40,710 bases of DNA from a virus: the UHGV virus genome UHGV-0247404; one strand, written 5' to 3'. Below the pieces are notes generated by a model that was given only the letters and a program-made list of their open reading frames with translations, searched no databases and was not told where the DNA came from. Each line of letters opens with the position of its first letter. Within the stretch, counting starts at the first letter, position 1. Of the stretch, positions 28,101 to 36,027 are shown piece after piece. A program made the position numbers and the translations under genes.

Positions 28101-28542
28101 TGGATTGACTAATGGTATTAATGCCAATGCTAATAGTGCTTTAGCTGCAGCAAGAGGTGTGGCAGATCAAATTGTAAGCACAATGAAAAGTGCTATGGAT
28201 ATTCATTCTCCATCACGTGTAATGCGTGATGAAGTAGGTAAAATGATTCCAGCAGGAGTAGCGGTTGGTATTGATAAATATTCAAACTTTGTAGAAAAAT
28301 CTATGCAACGGCTAAGTGAAAAGGTAGCCATGCCAGCGCTGGATAATTTAAATTCAAATCTGTCATTTAGTGGAGGATCACAAAGCTTAGCGTTTGCTGG
28401 AGATGTATCTTCAAAATTCACTGTAGAGGTACCTGTTATTTTCGATAGTTCAGAAGTTGCAAGGGTTATTGCTAAACCAATGAGTAAAGAATTGCAGAAT
28501 CAACAAGATAAAAAGAATGTTTCTTTAGGAAGGAGGCGCTAA
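25135..28542 (+). CDS. tape measure protein
   Basis: 1135 aa, coiled-coil and hydrophobic segments, internal HSPSRV repeats. Confidence 0.85.
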   Translation: MESYSVEAILTATDRTFSSTMSSAERSMAGVNKQSGELGDGLDKSTTKGNQLGKSILSIGAGVGAVKLVSTAVNMVKDSVEGAINRFDTLNKYPVVMKALGYSTEDVDRSMNKLSDGIDGLPTSLDEIVASTQQLSISTGSLSKGTDTAIALNDAFLASGASTADATRGMQQYIQMLGKGEVDMQSWRTLQETMPIAMDKVAKSFKEQGVNSVNQLYDALKEGDITFNEFNNRLIELDKGVGGFADLAKKNSKGIKTSWANIKTATVKGVTTVINSFDELSKAVTGKNIAENLDSLKNVVNITFKAIDAAIQSTIPLMKLFGKAITSIGTALTPLLPTIASFAATFTALKVIQQVTGYIKQSELAIKAYTTAISLYNGISKLATLSTTALGRAWMLNLAADKANSAAIAIKTGLLVAQNTIVGVLTGTISLATVATTVFSTAMKLLMGPIGWVTAAIGGLVAVGVNLWKWLNKETESTKAVKKEQENLMKTTDDLIKKNQEHTQSRKDEAIELDNTKEKFQSMISEMEMLSAKEKLSNSEKKRMVEIVEELNGKMTGLNLVYDDQKNILSEMPGTIQQQVDAYNALDEASQAQENINQMLKERNDNEAKLMEINAAREKWNQTLKESGGNTKEARENIEKLGEQEQVLKGVQQELTNEIINTANAHEQSMQRASQAVENGVLNQTVSYNALSGKTKETMDAMRSEYSSLEEKVGSAFDVIQQKQAISVDQMAENLQKNQEAVSQWSTNIAALAQRGVDEGLLEQLRKMGPEGAAQAAELVNSSDEQLQRLNDVYRNTGETSMNAMKEGYQLGKNGVNEEIASLIPTQKDTLMTQIKSTDFNSVGLSVTENFKAGIENGRTAVEEMTKGIVPKVGEDMKGEVQKADFRGIGKSIPQGLEKGVDDGKGVPVKTSNQMIDDVVSGARKGLDSHSPSRVFHSIGEDVDSGLSNGIEQNAMNPVRAVESIVDKIISAMDKLPSEMNSIGANAIDGLTNGINANANSALAAARGVADQIVSTMKSAMDIHSPSRVMRDEVGKMIPAGVAVGIDKYSNFVEKSMQRLSEKVAMPALDNLNSNLSFSGGSQSLAFAGDVSSKFTVEVPVIFDSSEVARVIAKPMSKELQNQQDKKNVSLGRRR

Positions 28543-29472
28543 ATGTTATACAACTTTATTGATGTAAATGAACAACAAACAAAAGCCTCTTTGCCTTCGG
28601 AAGCCATGAATTTTAAGGGTTCCTTTTTAGAAGATTTAGTTCCGGGTTATAGAACATTATCTGTTGTTGGAAGAGAGTTAGCTCCTACTGAGATACAAAG
28701 CTACCAGTTGGGAATTCGTGATGGAATGCGACATGTTTATGCTCGTATTCCGGAAAGAGAATTAACGGTTAAATTCAAAGTTGAGGCTAACTCTAACGAA
28801 GCGTTTAGGGATTCTTTTAACAGATTAAACGTTGCTTTGTTCACAGAAAAAGATGTACAGATTTGGTTTAATGATGAACCAGAAATGCTTTGGTCGGGTA
28901 GTAAGTCAGACATTGATGCAGTTCCTGAGGGATTGAATCGAGTCGTTGGTACATTTACAATCTTGTTGAATAATCCATATAAATATACTCGAAGCGATGC
29001 TACTAGTGTTATGTGGGGTTCAACAGAAATAACGTTTCAGGCTAACTATCTTATGGGTAATACTGGATCAGGGGCTGTTGATTTACCGATTGTTATCGAA
29101 GGTGGGGCTTATTGGGGTTCTACCATGATTACTTTTCAAAACCGTTCTTATCTGATGGGAGACAACGGTCAAGAGGTGAAGCCAATTGAAATATATCCAA
29201 CTGTTGAAGGGTTAAAAGTAAAACCGATTATTACTATAAAAGGCACTGGTAGAGGCGTGTGGATAAAAACTAGAAGCGATACTATTGATATTGGTGATTT
29301 TGATAAGTCAGAAATAGTAATCGATACAGAACAGTTTAATATTACGAAAAATGGGAAGCCAATGATTCGTCCTATGAACGATTTTTATATTTATCCAAAT
29401 GAGCCACTATACATCCAAGCGAAAGATAGTACTTTTAATCTAACTATTCGATATCCAAATCGTTTCTTATAG
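28543..29472 (+). CDS. distal tail protein (Dit)
   Basis: About 300-aa ORF directly after TMP. Confidence 0.55.
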   Translation: MLYNFIDVNEQQTKASLPSEAMNFKGSFLEDLVPGYRTLSVVGRELAPTEIQSYQLGIRDGMRHVYARIPERELTVKFKVEANSNEAFRDSFNRLNVALFTEKDVQIWFNDEPEMLWSGSKSDIDAVPEGLNRVVGTFTILLNNPYKYTRSDATSVMWGSTEITFQANYLMGNTGSGAVDLPIVIEGGAYWGSTMITFQNRSYLMGDNGQEVKPIEIYPTVEGLKVKPIITIKGTGRGVWIKTRSDTIDIGDFDKSEIVIDTEQFNITKNGKPMIRPMNDFYIYPNEPLYIQAKDSTFNLTIRYPNRFL

Positions 29473-29488
29473 GAGGTGTTGCTAAAAT

Positions 29489-31507
29489 ATGTTGATGGCA
29501 ATGGATTTAAAAAGAGAATACACGGCAGTTTTAGATAACGCTTATAATGTTGGATATGAAAAAATTGAAAACCAAATAGGTAATCTAGAATTTTCAATGC
29601 CGTTGGATGATCCTAAAAATGAATTTTTGCAAGAAATGTTATGGGTTGAACTAACAGATAATGAAAATGAATATATAGGATTATACCGTGTTATGCCTTC
29701 AACGGTTCGCAAAGATGCTAGTAACAATTCAATCACGTATACGGCAAATGAAGCCCTGTGTACTTTGCTAGACACAGTTCTTTTTGGTTATCATGAACTA
29801 GTGAATCAAAAAACGGTTGATGTTATTAACTATCTTTTGAATAAACAAAGGACAAAACACTGGGTTTTAAAAAAATGTGAATTCACTCGGTATTTTAGTT
29901 ATGCATGGGAAAATGAAAATGGTCTCGCTGATGCCTTGTTTAGTATTCCTCAAGCATTTGATGAAGACTACATGTGGCAATGGAATACCAAAGTTTATCC
30001 ATTCGAATTATCTTTAGTGAAGCCACCAAAAGAACCTGTTGCTCGTATTCAAGAAGGATATAACATGCAAGGGTTTGAGATTGAAAGAGATCCTAACAAT
30101 TTAGTTAATCGAGTTTATCCTTTAGGTGCTGGTGAAGGAGTCAATCAGATAAATATTAAATCAGTAAATAAAAATATTCCTTATGTAGAAGATGCAAAGT
30201 CTATAAAAGAACATGGTTTAGTTGAATATGTTTGGGTAGACCAACGATTCACAGTTCCACAAGCTTTAAAAGACAATGCAATCAACATGTTAAAAAAATG
30301 GGCACAGCCTAAAATTTCTTGGGATGTGACTGCGGCTGATTTATTGAAATTAACAGATGAACCTTTAAGCATTGATAAGTTGAGACAAGGAACTGTGATT
30401 ATGATCAACACAGATGACTTTGGAAGTATAAATTTGCGTATAAAAAAAGAGACAAAACAGGATGTGTTCGGCGCCCCACAAGATATTCAGCTAGAGCTTG
30501 GTAATTTATCTGACGATTTTACTACAACAATGTCTGATTTGAAACGTAAACAGGAAATAAATGAGACATACTCGCAAGGTGCAACGAATATTTTGAACTA
30601 CAGTTATCAAGATAACTGCGAAAAGGCATACCCAGCAGAAATTGAATTCTTCTTAGATGATGATGTTTTTCATGTAAATACTGTGGAACTGACTTTTAAA
30701 ACTAAGCGCTATCGTGGTTATACAAAAGCTGTAAAAGGCGGAGGAGCTACAGTAAAAAGTACGTCAGCTGGTGGAGCTTCAACACAAACGAGTTCAGCTG
30801 GTGGTGGAAGTGTCGTTTCAAGTTCAGCTGGAGGAGGCTATTCTAGCGGATCTACCACAGGTGGCGGAGGAGGTAGTATTCAATCTAGTTCTGTAAATGG
30901 ACAAAGTTCTCAAACAAGTTCTGCTGGTGGAGATCATAATCACTTGGTTGCAACTAATAATGGTAGTACTGAATCAAGTGCGTTTTATCGAGAAATGGAT
31001 GCGGGGTCAGGTATGAGATTTAGACTAATGTCGACTGCATCAACAGATTGGTATACGAAAACTAGTTCAGGTAATCATACTCATAATGTAACTACACCAG
31101 CGCATTCTCATACTGTAAATACGCCTAATCATAGTCACAATTTTAATATTTCTATACCAAACCATACTCACAGCATATCGGTTCCTAGCCATAGCCACCA
31201 AGTAAGAATACCGGCACATACACACCAAATTACTTTACCTGATCATAGCCATCCATTAGAATGGGGGATTTATGAGGCGCCAAGTAGCGCAACTAGTGTT
31301 GATATAGTTGTAGATGGTACCATCATTCCAGTTCATGATACTAGCCAACAAAGACTAAACATTGTTAATTACCTTAGGAAAACTAGTGGCGGTAAAATCT
31401 CTAGAGGTAATCATACAATCAAGATAATACCTAACAAACTTGCACGAATTGAAGCGCAAGTTATTTGTCGTGTCTTTATACAATCACAATTAGGAGGACA
31501 ATTTTAA
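29489..31507 (+). CDS. tail-associated lysin/Tal-like baseplate protein with Gly/Ser-rich segment and C-terminal HxH repeat array
   Basis: Position after Dit; 672 aa; SAGG repeats; PxHxH x6-7. Confidence 0.55.
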   Translation: MLMAMDLKREYTAVLDNAYNVGYEKIENQIGNLEFSMPLDDPKNEFLQEMLWVELTDNENEYIGLYRVMPSTVRKDASNNSITYTANEALCTLLDTVLFGYHELVNQKTVDVINYLLNKQRTKHWVLKKCEFTRYFSYAWENENGLADALFSIPQAFDEDYMWQWNTKVYPFELSLVKPPKEPVARIQEGYNMQGFEIERDPNNLVNRVYPLGAGEGVNQINIKSVNKNIPYVEDAKSIKEHGLVEYVWVDQRFTVPQALKDNAINMLKKWAQPKISWDVTAADLLKLTDEPLSIDKLRQGTVIMINTDDFGSINLRIKKETKQDVFGAPQDIQLELGNLSDDFTTTMSDLKRKQEINETYSQGATNILNYSYQDNCEKAYPAEIEFFLDDDVFHVNTVELTFKTKRYRGYTKAVKGGGATVKSTSAGGASTQTSSAGGGSVVSSSAGGGYSSGSTTGGGGGSIQSSSVNGQSSQTSSAGGDHNHLVATNNGSTESSAFYREMDAGSGMRFRLMSTASTDWYTKTSSGNHTHNVTTPAHSHTVNTPNHSHNFNISIPNHTHSISVPSHSHQVRIPAHTHQITLPDHSHPLEWGIYEAPSSATSVDIVVDGTIIPVHDTSQQRLNIVNYLRKTSGGKISRGNHTIKIIPNKLARIEAQVICRVFIQSQLGGQF

Positions 31508-31681
31508 ATGAGATTAACAGTAAAATTAATTAGCAAACAAGAAGAATTTATAATTAATGATGAATCAGGTAAAACGTTAGATGATTATTTTGCAGAACTG
31601 ATTGATAATAGTTCGCCATTCATCAAGATAGGAAATCGTATTTTACAAAAAGCCACTATTGAATATATTAATGCAGAATAG
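31508..31681 (+). CDS. small hypothetical protein (57 aa)
   Basis: ATG overlaps previous stop; not in track. Confidence 0.3.
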   Translation: MRLTVKLISKQEEFIINDESGKTLDDYFAELIDNSSPFIKIGNRILQKATIEYINAE

Positions 31682-31693
31682 GAAGTGATAAAC

Positions 31694-33412
31694 ATGGCTA
31701 TCGAGCAAATTAAAGAAACCGACACACTGAATCAAGGTCGAATTAAAATTAATGCTATCTTGGATCAATCAAATGCTTCTGTAGAAAAAATAAAGGACTA
31801 TCAGGATCAATTAACAACAGGGATTAATGACGCCAAAAAAATTGCAGATGATGCTGGAAAAGAAGCCGTAAATATTGCAGAACAAGCAGGGAATCAAGCG
31901 AATGAAACAGCAAACCAAGCTTTAACTAATTCTCAAACTGCTATAAATACTTCCAATCAAGCGGTATCTACAGCAAATAACAATAAACAAGAATTCGATG
32001 CGTTACGAAACGATTTTGACAAGCTTGTAGGTGAAGCAGGGGACAGTAATCCAGAAATCGTTCAAGCTCGAACTGATACGCAAGGAGTCACTCAGCCTAC
32101 GTTAGCTACTCGGTTACAGGTTGACTTTAATGACCGCATGACAAAATCTGAAGGTGTATCGTTACTTTCTGGAACAACAAACGTAAAAATACCTATGGAT
32201 TTCACTGGAAAAACAGCGGGTAATACGGCAACAAATGCAAATCAATATTTTACCGATGTAACAGCTAAAGTGCTAAAAAAACCAAAAGATACATGGAATG
32301 AGATTTCTCAATCTGATTACAACAAATTAGTAAGTCGTGACGATTCTGGCGTAAGCAGTGGTTCAACACAAAATGGTGTTATCCCACAACAGTTAGGTTT
32401 GTTTAACGCTTTGGAAGCTGCAAAAAAATTAATTCCTCAAAATTTTGAAGGATTAAGTCAAGAAGAAGCGGTGGCTTTATTAAAAGATAGCTTTGTGGCT
32501 TTTACTATTAGTGAAAGGGTTAAAGCCACTTCGCCTAACAACAAAACAATTAAAGTTTCCACTTATATTGAGTCAACTGACTCGTGGACCACTCAAATTC
32601 AAGAAAATGCTGGCGAATACAAAGATTTATCAGTACAAGTCACTGATAAAAATTTCATTACTAGCGAGGGTCTTATCTATCTAATTAGTTATACAGATCC
32701 ATCAAATGGAGTGACAACAGCTAACTTGGATGTAGACTATTCAGCTATTCAATTAGAAATTAGTATTAATGCACAAGATGTTTTAGCAAAAAGTGGGTTT
32801 GTAAAAGGGGAACAATTAAAGGCGCATACGGAAAATCAAGAAAATCCACATAAAGTCACAGCAAATCAAGTTGGATTAGGTAATGTGAAAAATTATAGTT
32901 TCGCTTTAGATAGCGAAGCAGTTGCAGGGACATCAACGAGTAAATATATGCATCCTAAAAATGTTTCAGAAGCTATTAGTGGACAAGCGGTGACACAAAC
33001 TGGAGATCAAGAAATATCTGGAATAAAGGATTTTAAAGATGGTATTAAAATTATAGGTAAAGAACCAGTTTTGACAAATTCGACAGTTGATTATGCAATG
33101 GTAGATAAGGATAACAACGCTTCTGTGATGTCAGCTGGTTCTCTAAAATTATACCGACGGGGAGATCTAGTATATCTCACAGGCTCATTCCAATTATCAG
33201 CTTTAAAGGATAATCAAGCGGTGTGGTTCAACATTCCGGCATGGGCATACCCGATTGAACCCGTTAGAATGTATGGGAGAACGAGTGGCGATAAAATGTG
33301 CTTAATTTACATGAACCCAGCAGATAATGCAAATATCGTGTGCGTTGATAGTGTTTCAAAAGGAACCTGGATTACTATTTCAAGTTGTTGGATGGCTAAA
33401 AACCCATACTAA
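31694..33412 (+). CDS. receptor-binding tail protein (BppU-like N-terminus)
   Basis: SD aggaagtga then ATG 31694; N-term IKETDTLNQGRIKINAILD resembles baseplate upper protein N-domain; coiled-coil then distinct C-terminal domain. Confidence 0.55.
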   Translation: MAIEQIKETDTLNQGRIKINAILDQSNASVEKIKDYQDQLTTGINDAKKIADDAGKEAVNIAEQAGNQANETANQALTNSQTAINTSNQAVSTANNNKQEFDALRNDFDKLVGEAGDSNPEIVQARTDTQGVTQPTLATRLQVDFNDRMTKSEGVSLLSGTTNVKIPMDFTGKTAGNTATNANQYFTDVTAKVLKKPKDTWNEISQSDYNKLVSRDDSGVSSGSTQNGVIPQQLGLFNALEAAKKLIPQNFEGLSQEEAVALLKDSFVAFTISERVKATSPNNKTIKVSTYIESTDSWTTQIQENAGEYKDLSVQVTDKNFITSEGLIYLISYTDPSNGVTTANLDVDYSAIQLEISINAQDVLAKSGFVKGEQLKAHTENQENPHKVTANQVGLGNVKNYSFALDSEAVAGTSTSKYMHPKNVSEAISGQAVTQTGDQEISGIKDFKDGIKIIGKEPVLTNSTVDYAMVDKDNNASVMSAGSLKLYRRGDLVYLTGSFQLSALKDNQAVWFNIPAWAYPIEPVRMYGRTSGDKMCLIYMNPADNANIVCVDSVSKGTWITISSCWMAKNPY

Positions 33413-33459
33413 TATGGAGATACATTGTTAAATTATTTAATTGAAAAAATTGTGGAGAA

Positions 33460-33488
33460 CCGTCTAGCAAAAGCTAGACGGTTTTTAT
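33460..33488 (+). terminator. rho-independent terminator after tail genes
   Basis: ccgtctagc-aaaa-gctagacgg then TTTTT. Confidence 0.65.
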
Positions 33489-33506
33489 TATTGGAAGGTG
33501 GAAAAT

Positions 33507-33911
33507 ATGGTGATTATTGATAATCAAGCGTTGATACTAGAATTCAAGAATATGATTTCTAACGGTTTTATTCAGGTGTTTGTCTGGATTGTGTTAGGGG
33601 ATATCTTAACAGGATTATGTAAAGGTATTTTCATTAAGGAAGGAAATAGCACAAAAGGATTGCTAGGATTAGTAAAACATTTATTAGTGGTCTGCTTAAT
33701 AAGCGTTGCTTATCCATACTTGAAAATCATGGGTCTAGAATCAATCGCTACTGGATTTGTCTTATTTTATATAGCAGTGTATGGCATTTCCATTATTGAA
33801 AACTTAGGGCAGTTAGGCGTTCCCTTTCCTTCATGGGTTAAGGAGCATTTAAGTAAATTAAAAGATGAAAATGATAAAGGTGGTGAACCTAAAGATGGTG
33901 CAAGTGAATAA
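33507..33911 (+). CDS. holin (phi LC3-like family)
   Basis: SD ggaagg then ATG 33507; 2-3 TM helices and charged C-terminus; overlaps endolysin start. Confidence 0.6.
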   Translation: MVIIDNQALILEFKNMISNGFIQVFVWIVLGDILTGLCKGIFIKEGNSTKGLLGLVKHLLVVCLISVAYPYLKIMGLESIATGFVLFYIAVYGISIIENLGQLGVPFPSWVKEHLSKLKDENDKGGEPKDGASE

Positions 33912-34728
33912 TCAATCTGTTTGCGGTGGGATTGCCGGGAGACGTCCCAATACAACGCCAAAAGGTGTTGTCATTCATAATGATGCCGGAAGTATTTATG
34001 CTACAGCTGCACAATATGTCAATGCCTTGGCTGTAATGTCTCCTACACAACTGGCGAATGGTTTTGCTCATTATTATATTGATCGAAATACAATTGCACG
34101 TGTAGAAGATACATTCAATGCAGCATGGCACACAGCGAATCCAGAGGGGAATTTGAACTATGTTGGCTATGAAGTATGTCAATCAATGGGTGCTAGCGAT
34201 GCCGATTTCTTAGCGAATGAACAAATGACATTTAAACAAGTTGCTGAAGATATGAAGTTTTGGGGAATGTACCCTAATAGAGATACTGTAAGATTACACA
34301 AAGAATTTGTTCCTACGGCATGTCCTCACCGTTCCTGGGAATTGCATGGAAAAGAAACAAATGCCGTAAAAGACTATTTTATTAGCCAAATAAAAAAATA
34401 TATGGGCAATCCAAACGAAGGCAATGGCGATTCAAATAATAACAATCAAAATAATATAAAAGGTGGAGAAACGACTATGCAATGTTTATACGAAAGACCA
34501 ATTAATTCAAAAACAGGTAAACTAGAATGGAATGGAGATGCTTGGACGGTAATGTTTTGCAACGGAGTTAACACAAGACGTGTGTCTCATCCAGATGAAA
34601 TGAAAGTCATTGAGGACCTATACAAGAGAAACAATGGAAAAGATATTCCTTTCTACGGACAAGATAAATGGAACAAAAACGCTCCTTGGTATAATCGCTT
34701 AGAAGCTATGTTTCCAGTAGTGAAATAA
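33895..34728 (+). CDS. endolysin: N-acetylmuramoyl-L-alanine amidase (PGRP/Amidase_2) with C-terminal binding domain
   Basis: GVVIHNDAGS, AAWHTANPEGN, VPTACPHRSW zinc-amidase motifs; SD aaggtgg then ATG 33895. Confidence 0.7.
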   Translation: MVQVNNQSVCGGIAGRRPNTTPKGVVIHNDAGSIYATAAQYVNALAVMSPTQLANGFAHYYIDRNTIARVEDTFNAAWHTANPEGNLNYVGYEVCQSMGASDADFLANEQMTFKQVAEDMKFWGMYPNRDTVRLHKEFVPTACPHRSWELHGKETNAVKDYFISQIKKYMGNPNEGNGDSNNNNQNNIKGGETTMQCLYERPINSKTGKLEWNGDAWTVMFCNGVNTRRVSHPDEMKVIEDLYKRNNGKDIPFYGQDKWNKNAPWYNRLEAMFPVVK

Positions 34729-34789
34729 AGTATAGTAAAATATTTATAGGTAGTGTAAAATAATAACACACTTATTAAATTTCTCTTGA

Positions 34790-34816
34790 GTCGCCTTCCC
34801 CAAGGCGGCTCTTTTC
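34790..34816 (+). terminator. rho-independent terminator after lysin
   Basis: cgcctt-cccc-aaggcg followed by GCTCTTTTC. Confidence 0.55.
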
Positions 34817-34817
34817 A

Positions 34818-34891
34818 GGACCATTAGCTCAGTTGGTTAGAGCAAACGGCTCATAACCGTTCGGTCGATGGTTCGAATCCGTCATGGTCCA
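34818..34891 (+). tRNA. tRNA with CAU anticodon (tRNA-Ile2/LAU-like; Met by anticodon)
   Basis: 7-bp acceptor stem ggaccat/atggtcc, D-arm agctcagttggttagagc, anticodon loop ctCATaa, T-arm ggttcgaatcc; strongly resembles Firmicute tRNA-Ile(CAU). Confidence 0.8.
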
Positions 34892-34899
34892 TAAAATCA

Positions 34900-34928
34900 T
34901 TGATTTACGAACGAGTGTTTGTTATAAT
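34900..34928 (+). promoter_or_regulatory. near-consensus sigma-A promoter TTGATT-17-TATAAT
   Basis: -35 34900-05, -10 34923-28. Confidence 0.45.
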
Positions 34929-34962
34929 TGATAAATAATCCTCATATGATTATATCTGCTAT

Positions 34963-35001
34963 AGAAGTTGCAAAAACGCTTGTTTTTGCAACTTCTTTTT
35001 G
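34963..35001 (+). terminator. strong rho-independent terminator (15-bp perfect stem)
   Basis: agaagttgcaaaaac-gctt-gtttttgcaacttct then TTTTT. Confidence 0.7.
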
Positions 35002-35049
35002 GTTTAATAATAGTAAGTAGATATAAATCATTAATGAGGAGAAAAGAAT

Positions 35050-36027
35050 ATGGTAGATAAGTTTTTTGCTGAAACGTATTTGAATGAACCATCTCCTAAA
35101 GTTGGTCAATCTAAGCCTATAAAAATAACGGCAGAAAATGGAAAAAGATACTTTTTAAAAACTGAGATAGTTAACTCAACAAAGCAGAATGCTGTGTTTT
35201 TTCAGGAACTGTTGTGCTCGCTGTTAGCTAAACATCTAAAGGTGCCAGTGCCTAATTTTGCTATAATTGAATTGGAGAAGGATTTTATAGAAGCTAATGC
35301 TGAGTTAATGTTTAGCAGAAAGTTTAAACCAGGATTGTATTTCGCGACTGAAGAAGTGAATGATGTAGAAGACAATTTAGCTGAGAGTATTTCACTCGGT
35401 GTAAATAATGGTTTACCAAAAGTTAAAAGGACTTGGACAGGGTATTTAAACAATGTTTCGAATCCAGAAGCATATGCTGATATAATTGCGTTCGATATAT
35501 TTGTTCAAAATTGTGATCGATTTTCTAATCTTGGTAACCTTTTGATTGGGAGTGAATCGGGTTTAAGAAAAGTTTATGCCATAGATCATGGACACGCTTT
35601 TGGCACTCCTAATTTTGATACAGCAAAAATGAAGTTATTGAAAGTTAATGAAGATCCCAATTATGATGAGTGGCTTTTGAACCAGTTCAGGAGACATGGT
35701 GGGGGGTTTACCTTCGGACCTGTATTTCAAGGAATGCAGAATAATATTGATTTGACAGGTAATAACCCTTTTTGCAGAATTATTGATTCAATAGAAAAGA
35801 TTAGTAAAGATGAACTAACTTTTATTTTAGGAGAGATACCAGAAGAATGGACAATATCTGGAGATCAACAACGGAAAGTTTATTTGGATTTTCTTAGTAG
35901 ACAAAGGCTGATAGTAAAGGATATAATAAATAAAATCGTAAGGGCCAATTTATTTTCCAATCATACTGGAGGTGATTTATTGTGGAACGAATCATACAGC
36001 AACGAAGAGTCGTCTGGTATTCAATAA
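35050..36027 (+). CDS. atypical protein-kinase-like fold protein (HipA-like / PI3K-PI4K-like catalytic motifs)
   Basis: Beta3 Lys (YFLK), alphaC Glu (FFQELL), catalytic loop NCDRFSNLGN, Mg-binding AIDHGHAFG. Confidence 0.55.
   Translation: MVDKFFAETYLNEPSPKVGQSKPIKITAENGKRYFLKTEIVNSTKQNAVFFQELLCSLLAKHLKVPVPNFAIIELEKDFIEANAELMFSRKFKPGLYFATEEVNDVEDNLAESISLGVNNGLPKVKRTWTGYLNNVSNPEAYADIIAFDIFVQNCDRFSNLGNLLIGSESGLRKVYAIDHGHAFGTPNFDTAKMKLLKVNEDPNYDEWLLNQFRRHGGGFTFGPVFQGMQNNIDLTGNNPFCRIIDSIEKISKDELTFILGEIPEEWTISGDQQRKVYLDFLSRQRLIVKDIINKIVRANLFSNHTGGDLLWNESYSNEESSGIQ

Noticed and set aside
27880-28230. Internal repeats in TMP (HSPSRV twice)
   Set aside because: Tandem-ish internal repeats are normal for tape measure proteins; not a mobile element or CRISPR.
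30730-30940. SAGG-type nucleotide/peptide repeats that could look like a short repeat array
   Set aside because: In-frame Gly/Ser linker within the Tal ORF; no spacer-repeat architecture.
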